A stretch of 64,000 nucleotides of DNA from Podarcis liolepis. Taxonomy: Eukaryota. Position numbers and translations under genes: made by a program. Positions 51,086-61,436 of this stretch are shown piece by piece; position 1 is the first letter of the stretch; each line of letters starts with the position of its first letter. The DNA lies in assembly GCA_965112155.1 (NCBI GenBank), contig OZ218099.1, one strand, 5' to 3'. The notes under the pieces are model-generated. The model was not told the DNA's origin. It saw only the letters and a program-made list of their open reading frames with translations, and searched no databases.

Positions 51086-52189
51086 GCCCAGTACAGCCAT
51101 AGCCCAGCTGCATGGGCAGCAGGAATGGATGTGTCGGTCTTCTTAATTTATCTTTTGCATGTGTTCACCAATACATGTATTCTATCCAGTATCTGTGTGC
51201 ATTTCCCCCTGCACAGATTTAATATTTTTACAATAAAAAGTGCCTCAAGTGCTGGCTTTAACACATTTTCTCCCTCTTTCTTTTTTAAACAGGTACTAGC
51301 TGTCTGCAGCAGCTAGAAAGCATAGCTGCTGCCATACCCATTGAAAATGTGGTCAGAGCTGTCCCTGGGATTGACAGCACATGATTGATGGCTTCCTCCA
51401 TGGGTTCATAGGGGCAGCCATACATTTTTCATATGAAGTCCCTGGAATGGATGACACATAATCACATCCTGTCAGCCCAAGGGGCTTTTCTGACCCCCAT
51501 CTTCAATGCAAGTGGTGTGAGTTGTGCTTTCTAGAGGCTCCAGGTGGCTAGCAGGCTAGCACCTGCTGTTATAAAGTGTGTTAAAGTCAGGCCTCAATCA
51601 ACCTCACACAAATTGGTTGTGGTGCAGAATTCCTACAGAGACCTGCAATCTGATTGTTTCAGAATGCACTTGCCTAGGAATTCACAACCAACACATTTCT
51701 TATGGACCCATAAAGTGGTAGAGCTCTTTTTAGCAGGCTCCACCAGAATAACGTACAAAATGGGTCTGAGAGAAAAGGCTAGTAGGAAAAGAAACACTCA
51801 ACTCAAGTTAAATTTTTGTTTCAGCTTTAAAAAAGAAAAAGAAAGCATGTTTAGTTCTTCCTAATTGTGAAGAGTAAATCAGAAATGCTGGGAAAAGATT
51901 AGATCAGTGCCACTCTTCATGTCCAATAATGTACTGTGTGTCTTCAGAAGTATGCATATATAATAATGTAAGTCAAGAACATTTAAGAGACAAAAGTTAC
52001 AACAGAATATTGACAGGCATGAACTCTGTGGAAGCTTAATGCCCTGAAAAATTGGAACCAGCTTAGTTTTAACATTGGCTATCATTTCTAAGCGAGCATG
52101 ATATACTAGCTGTTAGCTCTTAAGATGACTTTAAAACACTGATGTTTTTATCTTCTCTCCCCATTCTTTATCCTTGCCTTTTTAATTAG

Positions 52190-52299
52190 AATCTTCCATG
52201 GAGACACTGTAACAACCCCTGGAACACAGACCACTGTTTCTCAAATTATAGTATAGCAAATACCACCAACATGACAAGTGCTGTTTTGGAATTCTGGGA
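52190..52299 (+). CDS. SLC6A1: GAT-1 coding exon 4 (110 nt)
   Basis: TTAG| [36 protein letters not shown](E) |GTAAGT; EL2 with two cysteines and three N-glycosylation sequons. Confidence 0.97.
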
Positions 52300-52413
52300 G
52301 TAAGTTGAGAAAAATCTTTTCCTCATCCTAATGAATATGCTCAGTTAATTTCTTACTAGATGTATAAGGTCAGCTAAGTTCAAGAAATTTATACATTTCC
52401 TCTTTGATTTTAG

Positions 52414-52546
52414 ACGTAACATGCACCAAATGACAGATGGATTGGAAAAACCAGGCCAGATCCGTTGGCCATTAGCAATTACTCTAGCAATTGCCTGGGT
52501 TTTAGTGTATTTCTGCATCTGGAAGGGGGTAGGCTGGACAGGAAAG
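52414..52546 (+). CDS. SLC6A1: GAT-1 coding exon 5 (133 nt)
   Basis: TTTTAG| [44 protein letters not shown] |GTAAGA. Confidence 0.97.
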
Positions 52547-52700
52547 GTAAGAATATGTTCTAAAAGCCTGTACATTGTAATCAGAGTCAGCATAGAATTC
52601 TAAAGCTTCGAAATAGACTAGTCTTGCTGATACATCCTTCCATGAGATGTGAATGTTAATGCTCTTTTTTAAACTCTTTGGATACCCCTGTAAATTACTA

Positions 52701-52852
52701 GAGGGATAGTGGTGCTAGTCTGTTGCAGCAAAAAACATAAAGACTCTTCCAACACCATAAATATTAACAAATTTTATTATGGCACAAACTTTCATAAACT
52801 TGGATAAAACATGCAAGCTTTAAAGGCGCCACAAGATTATTGTTATCTGCTG
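52701..52852. mobile_element. Old Penelope-like inverted remnant
   Basis: TAGTCTGTTGCAGCAAAAA..AGACTCTT..ACC followed by the inverted CTTTAAAGGCGCCACAAGA..TTGTT..TGCTG. Confidence 0.45.
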
Positions 52853-52928
52853 TAAGTTGTATTTCAAGCATGCATATATATATTCCATTACTGTACAAAT
52901 TGAACTTTTAAGTTTTTAAAAGTGAGTA

Positions 52929-53183
52929 GTAGGTAAAGGACCCCTGGACGGTTAAGCCCAGTCTATAGGGTTGTGGCACTCATGTCGCTTTCAGGCCGAG
53001 GGAGCCAGCATTTGTCCACAGACAGCTTTCTGGGTCATGTGGCCAGCATGACTAAAATGCTTCTGGTGCAACAGTACACCGTGACGTAAGCCAGAGCACA
53101 TGGAAACACTGTTTACCTTCCCGCCAACCTAGCAGTTCAAAAGCACACCACTGCAAGTAGATAAATAGGTACTGCTGTGGCGG
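52929..53183 (-). mobile_element. Sauria SINE, 5'-truncated with an inverted segment
   Basis: Minus-strand 3' part to ~53125, then a plus-strand segment; 12-bp TSD TAAAAGTGAGTA (52917-52928 and 53184-53195). Confidence 0.8.
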
Positions 53184-53326
53184 TAAAAGTGAGTAAGAGC
53201 AGACTTAACTATAAAAGGTGGAGGACGGCAATCCGTACAAGAGAACCAAGCATGGGCATGTCTAGCAAGGAGGGGATTGTGTAGCCCTGTGCTTAACATG
53301 CAATAAGAAAGAGCACCTGTCTCAGA

Positions 53327-53689
53327 CGAGGGGCAGTGGAAACGTTTTCAGTTTGAGGGCCACATTTCCTTCTTAGTAACCTTTTTGGGGGGTGGCCACA
53401 TGCTAATCGTGGGTGAGGCCAGAGGCAAAAGTAGGCAGAGCAACTAATATGAATTTTAACTTCTCTCAGTAAGCTAGTTTCTACACACACTGTTGCACAC
53501 CTCTTCTGTCCTCCATCCAGGCAAGCAGTAAGTATTGCAGCCAGGCAAAAACACTCAAGGAGGGTGCAAAGCAGGGCTTACAAGAGGAGTGGCTGGGATG
53601 GGGTGTGTGGCCTAGGAAGAGTCATGAGGGCCTAGTATGAAAGTCTGAAGGACGGCACTTGGTCCCTAGGCCTGAACTTCCCATCCCTA
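53327..53689. mobile_element. Old hAT-type MITE
   Basis: Degenerate hAT-like ends; 8-bp flanks GTCTCAGA and GTCTTAGA match at 7/8. Confidence 0.45.
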
Positions 53690-53800
53690 GTCTTAGATTC
53701 AGATGTGTACAGCATCACCACATTTATTTCCCCTGTATTTCTTAAACCTCAGTGTTAAACTCATTGCTTCTAACACTACACACCCCATTCTTTGTTTCAG

Positions 53801-53935
53801 GTAGTGTACTTCTCTGCCACGTATCCATACGTCATGTTGATTATCTTGTTCTTCCGTGGAGTAACATTACCAGGAGCAAGAGAAGGCATTTTATTCTATG
53901 TAACTCCTAAGTTTGAGAAGCTCTCTGACTCTGAG
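53801..53935 (+). CDS. SLC6A1: GAT-1 coding exon 6 (135 nt)
   Basis: TTTCAG| [45 protein letters not shown] |GTAAG. Confidence 0.97.
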
Positions 53936-54262
53936 GTAAGCATTCAGGCCTGGTAACCTAATAATCCTATGGGGAGGAGTTCAAGTGATGCACTCTTCTG
54001 ATCATTCTGTTGGAGCAAGTGTTTCTGCATTCCAGATTAAATCAAACCCCCTCTGCTCTCCCCTCCATGTGGTGTTCTGGGGTTTCTCCAGTCCTACCAG
54101 GCATGTTGCACTAGCAGGAGCCCTTGTACTGATTTCTGGGCCATTTGTAGTAGTATTGCTCATATTGTCATTGCACGCTCATTATTTATTATCACCTGTT
54201 TGCAACTATATATAAACTACCAATCATAGCCATGTGGCCCTGTCTTTGTCCTTTATGACTAG

Positions 54263-54367
<105 letters not shown>

Positions 54368-55452
54368 TAAAGCAGTTACCATTCTTTAGTAGCCTAGATT
54401 CCTAGATGCTGCAGATAGGGAATATTTGATACAATTCACAGGGCACAAACATAATCCCTCAGAAGCTGAAAGGGAACGATTCTCTCCTACTGCACACAGA
54501 GCACATGGTGTTTCCAGATTCCTCCCATACTGGAGGAGCAGCTGTATTGTTCAAGGAGAGATCCTCATGAGATGCAAAGTGGGCAACATCATTCCTTCTA
54601 ATACGTCATTTGGATGCTTTGGTCCCTATCTGTTTTGGCAGCAAAATGGAGCCATTCAAAAGTACTAGTAGTGGTTTCCACCTTTTTAAAAAAGGTTCTC
54701 AGCAAGGACCTACATTCAGTGTGGCTTCCACCAAGACCTATGCTTCATTTGGGGTTAGAGAGGAATATGAAGAAATATCTTATGGAGACCCTAAATTGAT
54801 CTGCTTCCAGCTCTCAGCATTTCTATGAGAGGATGACTAAACTATGTAACAATAAAGCAATGCAGATGGATCTGGCAACTTTTAGCATTATATAGAATAG
54901 CAGGGAGAGATTTCAGGTGAATAAGATAGATTTAAAGTATCTCTTTTCCTCCCCCCCCCCATCCTGACATCTTCCCTTCTTTCTGTCAATCCTGAATTGC
55001 TCAAACTCTGAACAGGAACACTTTTGTTAGGCGCTGCAACATATTGCTGCAGAGCCCCACTTTTAATGTCAGAATATCAAACTTCCCCTCTTTGCAGGCT
55101 CTTGGGGACTAGGATGGCTAGGGCAGTAAGGCTACCTTTGCATGTCCCAATATTCCCGAGCAAAAATCATTCAGCCAGCTCATATCAGTGTAATGTGAAT
55201 TAGTACTTTCCCCTGCAAAACAGACACAGTGCTTAATAAGAGACGGACCAACGAAAGGCTTCTTTATCAAATGAAGAAAACTAGCTAGAGTGCACTGATA
55301 ATTTTTGTATTTAAAAAGTTGGTCCTACATATACAGAGTTATAATCCAGTATCATAAGCCTTAAACAATTTTCCCTGTCAACAGGAATGTTGCTTGAAAG
55401 CCTGACTTTGGACAGTATTACTACCCTCTTCTCTCTCTGTCTCTTTTTTCAG

Positions 55453-55577
55453 GGATTCCATCATAGTGTGCTGCATAAATTCTTGCACAAGCATGTTTGC
55501 TGGTTTTGTTATCTTCTCCATTGTTGGATTCATGGCTCATGTCACCAAACGTCCTATTGAAGAAGTTGCAAAATCAG
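55453..55577 (+). CDS. SLC6A1: GAT-1 coding exon 8 (125 nt)
   Basis: TTTTCAG| [41 protein letters not shown](G) |GTGTG. Confidence 0.97.
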
Positions 55578-55927
55578 GTGTGCAACATCTTAACAGTTTG
55601 CAGTGTCTTATTGTTTCAGAAGATAGCAGGGAAGACAAGTTACACTATAATTGGGGAATCTGCACTTGAGAGAACACCCCCCAAAAGTTCATTAGTCCTA
55701 ATGGCTGTCTAGGAAAATAGAGCGGCAGTCACTTGCATAAACGAGGCACTAATATGCTTGTGAGATCAGTAGCCATTACCCCAAAGTAATCTGAGAACTG
55801 CCTGCAAGCCTAGTGACCAACACACCTCACGCCAAAGGTTCAAGAATCAATGTAGACATGCATAAACAAGTAACTACCAGCACAGTTACTTGTTGGAAAT
55901 ACAACATAGCAGCTTCATATGTTTATA

Positions 55928-56267
55928 CAGTGGTGCATCGCAAAACGAAAAGAATCCGTTCTGTGATTCTCTTCGTCTAGCGGTTTTTTCGTCTTGCGAA
56001 GCAAGCCCATTGACGGATTAGCGGATTAGTGCTATTAGCGGCTTTTAGCGGCTTTTAGCGGCTTATCAGCTTATCGGATCAACTGATAAGCGGCTTAGAA
56101 AAAGGGGGGGAGAAAGGGAAAAAAACCCGCAGGAACTCGCAAGACATTTTCGTCTTGCGAAGCAAGCCCATAGGAGATTCGTTTTGCGAAGCACCTCCAA
56201 AACGGAAAACTCTTTCGTCTAGCGAGTTTTCCATCTTGCGAGGCATTCGTCTTGCGGGGCACCACTG
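55928..56267. mobile_element. Tigger-like MITE (family B)
   Basis: TA-CAGTGGTGC...GCACCACTG-TA; internal TTAGCGGC-type short repeats. Confidence 0.85.
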
Positions 56268-56556
56268 TACGAGATAACTTCATAATGCTTTAAGAGTTCA
56301 GAAGCTATTGTGTATATAGAAAAATATATTGTAATTGTTTTTCACAAAAATATAATTGTTTCTATATCCATAGATATATAGAGATAGATATTCATGTGCA
56401 TATTTAAACCTACTTTCTAAGCTCCATTTCGTGTCTGTCTCAGTTTTTCCAGCTTTGTTATTATACAGTAGTATGAAATGAGATATTAGTACAGTAAAAT
56501 GACTAAATTAGTTTATAATTAATAAATTGAGCTGCTAGATATTGCATTCATGGTAA

Positions 56557-56727
<171 letters not shown>

Positions 56728-58484
56728 TAAAACGCTATTACTGAAGACAAATGTCCAACAGTTCATTATATGTTTCTATCAATGCTAGCTGTATCTCTGT
56801 ATCAGTCTTCACTGATACTAGCCAACTTCATGAACCACAGTTCAAAGCTGGCTTGTTTCTCTAAAAAAAATAATAATAATTAAGACCAGCCCATTTCTTG
56901 AGTTTCAAGCATAATACTGAACAAGTTAGTTTAAAAGGAAGTAAAGACTCCTGATCTCCTGGTTGTAGATGCAGAGGAGAAAAGGGAGGAGAGCACACAG
57001 GTCCAAGGCTCATTATGTCAGAATGAGGTCTATGGCTGAACTGGGCCATTAACACTAGTGAACATAATGGGTGGCTATTTAAATTTGTATGACACCTTTC
57101 GTCCAGTGATTCTAGGGTAGTTTACAGACAATAAAACAATACAAAAGAACCCAACTAATAAAACAGTAGATTGCAGAACTTTAACAAGTATTTAAATTAG
57201 CAAAATGTTAAATAATATACCTAGAATTTTTAAAATGTTTGCCTGGTTTCAAAAGCATTACATCAAAGAAGTTTCTTTGGAGAAGGCTTACCAGAGATGG
57301 GCCACCGCAGCCAATTAAATTTTTCTTTAAAATATGTCTGTGCACTGTGGCTTAGAATATGGAATCCGATAAAGTGAGCGTCCCCATTGTCTTGGTCCCT
57401 ATAAGTGCCCTTGGTTCATGAAAGCAGCAGCCTTTGCTGATCTTTTTCTCAGTCACCGAGAGCAGGACTGAAGGTTCTCCACTCCTTGTGTCAAAGGAGC
57501 ATTGGCAGAAGCATGCTAAACTATGCATTAAAAATGCCTCGTAAAACATTTTCCTATAATGTTTAATTCTAACTTTTGTGCATTTGTGAATTTGTGATTG
57601 TGTGTGTGTACAACTCACTTTCAGTACAATTTAGCCCCCCAAACAATTGTGCCTATTTTCTTAAACTAAGCAGCCAATTATTATCCTGTCTCATGAGATG
57701 ATGCCTTTATAGTAGCATAAATTTCCTCACTCTAACTACTTTCAGGATATTGATCTTGCCCAACATTGTGAAGGCTTGACCCCCATGTCCCCCATTTACT
57801 GTTTCCTCAGAGGACACATTCCTGGTTTGGCTACATCCCTTGAGTGCCCTGGGTTCTCTCCCCCAATGTCCTATGCAAGAAGGGAAGGTACTCACCACAT
57901 CATCAGCATCAGTTCCATTGGTCTACAGAGTCCTCACTCCTCCCTATTAGTAGTTCAGGTACTGGGCCCATTACATGGATGTTCCCTCAAGCCAGGCTAT
58001 TATTGACAAGGCAGCTTCTATACTAGTGGAAGCTCGGCTACCATCTTTGGGTCCACGACCAAGTGTTTCCACTTCTCCAGTTCACTCTGGAATAAGCTTT
58101 TGGAGGGGATGCCAGCGTGTTGTCAGGATGTCCATGTGCCAGCACCAGTGACAGACCACTTTACTTCTGCCTGGGCAATTCACAAAATGGAGCCCCTGTA
58201 CCCTATTGCTACAGCTCCAAACAAACAAGATTTCCATGCTTTTATAGAGTATTAAAATAATTTAGAGTGCCATTTTGTTTACACAAGGCTGACATGAAGA
58301 CCTTTATTAGCATTGAACCAATGAAGCCAGAGCTGTTGCATTTTGAATGGGGGAGGCCCAATTTCATTTAACAGACAGTTCAGCCATGAAATTCAATGGG
58401 TGGCCTTAGAGCTAACCTGCATCATTGAGGCAGAATATAAAATATAGAACTGTAAATCCCCTTTACTCACTAATTCACCAAACA

Positions 58485-58836
58485 AGGTAAAGGTAAAGGG
58501 ACCCCTGACCATTAGGTCCAGTCGTGACCGACTCTGGGGTTGTGGAGCTCATCTCGCTTTACTGGCCAAGGGAGCCGGCGTACAGCTTCCAGGTCATGTG
58601 GCCAGCATGAATAAGCCACTTCTCACAAACCAGAGCAGCGCACGGAAACGCTGTTTACCTTCCCGCTGGAGCGGTACCTGTTTATCTACTTGCACTTTGA
58701 CGTGCTTTCGAACTGCTAGGTTGGCAGGAGCAGGGACTGAGCAACGGGAATTCACCCGGTCACAGGGATTCGAACCACTGACCTTCTGATCAGCAAGCCC
58801 TAGGCTCTGTGGTTTAACCCACAGTGCCACCCGTGT
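58485..58836 (-). mobile_element. Sauria SINE, near full length
   Basis: Paralogous to 16885-17236; (ACCTTT)n tail; B-box GGTTCGAATCC on minus. Confidence 0.9.
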
Positions 58837-60016
58837 AAACAAACACAGTGGAATGTATGTACATACATGTCAACAAACCTTATTTTCCATAGTGCACCTT
58901 ACTTTAACTTTTGGTGAAAGTACATACACAGTACATTAGCAACAGCAATAGCTATTCCATAATGGGATGGAAATAATGAAGAGTCCTTATTCATGAAGCC
59001 TAAAGTTCTTTTATAAAAGAAAATCAGCAAAATTAATAATTCATTTTGAAGAAACTGCTGTTAATTTAATTGAGTCAAACATATCCTTAACTAAGTTTAG
59101 CTTTAGGCTACTGAAATATAAAAAGTAGCCTAATATTCCCCCCACATCAAAAAAAAAACACAAAAAACTAGGCCTGTGTGTAAGAGCTTTCGGGCTTTCT
59201 TATTTTAGTTTTCTTTAACTTCTTCAACTTCTTCATCTGTAGTATAATATGAAATAGTTCCACTCTACTGTCACAACACAGATACCACCAAAAATGGCTC
59301 CTTGTCTCATATTATCCTTAGTCAATCTATAGTATGTTAAAACATTTACCATTGTGTCTTAACACACTTCTCAGTGGCTGTCAGAAATGTACACACTCAT
59401 AGCTTGAGGGGAGAATGTCATGTGCTTAGTAGTTCTTTTGGCAGGTCAGCAAAAGTAATATTTGCTTACTGGAAAAAAAAATGTTTACTATGGCCTTAAG
59501 AAGAAACTTATATATCACTTTAAGCATGTACAGGAGCTCTGCATGTGCATCAAAATGCACAAAGCGATCTAAGTCAGTTTGACTATCTATTATGTTTCTA
59601 AACTGAGGTCTAGAGTCTCAGCAGGAACAAGTTAGCTTAATTATGATTAGTCCAGACAACCTGTCCCACATTTTGCCAGATTTTAAAAAGCATGAGTTTC
59701 CTATTTTTAATTTCCGGTATATTTTAATAGGTTCAGAAATGTTACCCTATAAATAACCCACCTGTGCTTTAACATGATTGCAGAAGCTGCACCACAACTC
59801 ATGAAATGAGTCAACATTAGTCTGATCAAAGTATATCAGAACTGGGCATATTGGTTTGCCCTGTTCCAGATGTATCTTGACTATTGATCTGCATCACAAC
59901 AGAATAGTTTGGGAGAAGAGAAATCGGAGAAGAGATAGGATAAAGCTGGATGTTGCTTTATCTCAAATCTAATGTTGCTAGTTTGGTTTGTGTGTAACCT
60001 CTCATTCCACTTTCAG

Positions 60017-60148
60017 TTCTGTACTGTTGAAGGATTCATAACAGCACTAGTGGATGAATTTCCAAGACTGTTACGCAGTCGGAGAGAAATCTTTATTGCT
60101 GGTGTGTGTGTCGTTTCCTATCTGATAGGACTGTCGAATATTACTCAG
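60017..60148 (+). CDS. SLC6A1: GAT-1 coding exon 10 (132 nt); gene continues beyond the window
   Basis: TTTCAG| [44 protein letters not shown] |GTAAAT; cumulative spliced CDS 1323 nt, in frame. Confidence 0.97.
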
Positions 60149-60696
60149 GTAAATACTATATTGGGAACTTTTTATCTCTAATTTGCTGTGGTCACATTTT
60201 CTACTAAACAGAATTATGAAGTAAGAGTCCTCTGTGGATTGCCTGTTAATTTAAGAAGGTGGGGAGACAGGAGAGATTCAGCTTTTCCTAAACCTTCAAA
60301 TGTCAATATCCTCTAAGGATTTGAGATTAGTATAATGCATATATAATATATAATACCTATATTTACTGGCATGTTGTCAGGCTTAATGCTACTCTTAAAA
60401 TCTTCAGCTTGTTCTATTAAATTGATTTACAACCACTGAGGATTCCATCTGTTTTGGTAACTCTTAGAAACCCTTGGATAGAAAAAAACACATAAAGGGT
60501 TGGTTATCATCAGCCAATGACATTGCTGCATTCAGGAACAATATTTGATGTAGTATGGAATGTAAGTAACACCAAAAAGCCATGGCAACATTTAAAACCA
60601 ATACACAAATGGTATATTTAAGGAATCTTTCTTTGTACAAGAGCAAGACATTGACGTATTTATTATTCCTTCCCTATCCTATTGTGAGTCTGCTTT

Positions 60697-60970
60697 GAAT
60701 TACAGAATTGTAGAATTGCAACTAACCCAACCCCCTGCAATGCAGGAATCTCAATTAAAGCATCCCTGAGAGATGGTCACCCAACCTCTGCTTAAAAAGC
60801 TCCAAGGAAGGAGAGTCCACCACCTTACAAGGGAGTTCATTCCACTGTCAAACAGCTCTTACCATCAGAATATTCTTCCTGATGCTAAGTTGGAATCTCC
60901 TTTCTTGTAACTTGACTCCACTGGTTCAGGTCCTACCCTCTGGAACTGGAGAACATCTTCCATGTGACAG
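60697..60970 (-). mobile_element. Degenerate CR1 3' fragment, interrupted by the Gypsy element
   Basis: CCAACCCCCTGCAATGCAGGAATC..CTCTGCTTAAAA..GGAGAGTCCACCACC..TTCCACTGTCAAACAGCTCTTAC; similar to the 31063 copy. Confidence 0.75.
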
Positions 60971-61436
60971 AACCTCGAGCTCAACTATTTACTCTTATCA
61001 ATAAATATGGAATTATCCCTATACCACCTGTGAGGGTTTGATTAGCTGCTTGTGCGTGAAAACGTGCTCCCTCAGAGTTTGTGCGACCCCACAAACCTCC
61101 GTGTGTGACGGAGCTCCTCAGACATGTCTGCTCTAGTCACTAGTAGAGTCCGACAGTGGCTGTCTGCGGAAACGTTTCCAGCAAAGAAGTTCCTTAACGG
61201 AAACGCGTCTCCTGGACTCACGGCGTGACAGTTTCCTGCGAGGTGTGGGTCTCCCTATGGGAGACTCCGATACCTCCCCACTGTTCTCGCTGGAAGCCTC
61301 CCTGAGCCCTCCCTCCTGCTCGCATTCCCTCAGAGACCCACTCCTCCCCCTGCTGGTCCCTGCTTCAGCAGTTGAGTCTCTTTCATCCTGCCTGAGTCCC
61401 TCCACCACCTGATGCTCTGATGGCAGTTCCCTGACA
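60963..61436 (-). repeat. 3' LTR of the Gypsy element (outer end approximate)
   Basis: Minus strand begins TGTCAGG directly after the PPT; AGTAAA signal at ~60987-60992; ends near ..TGTCACA, overlapping CR1-like sequence. Confidence 0.7.
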
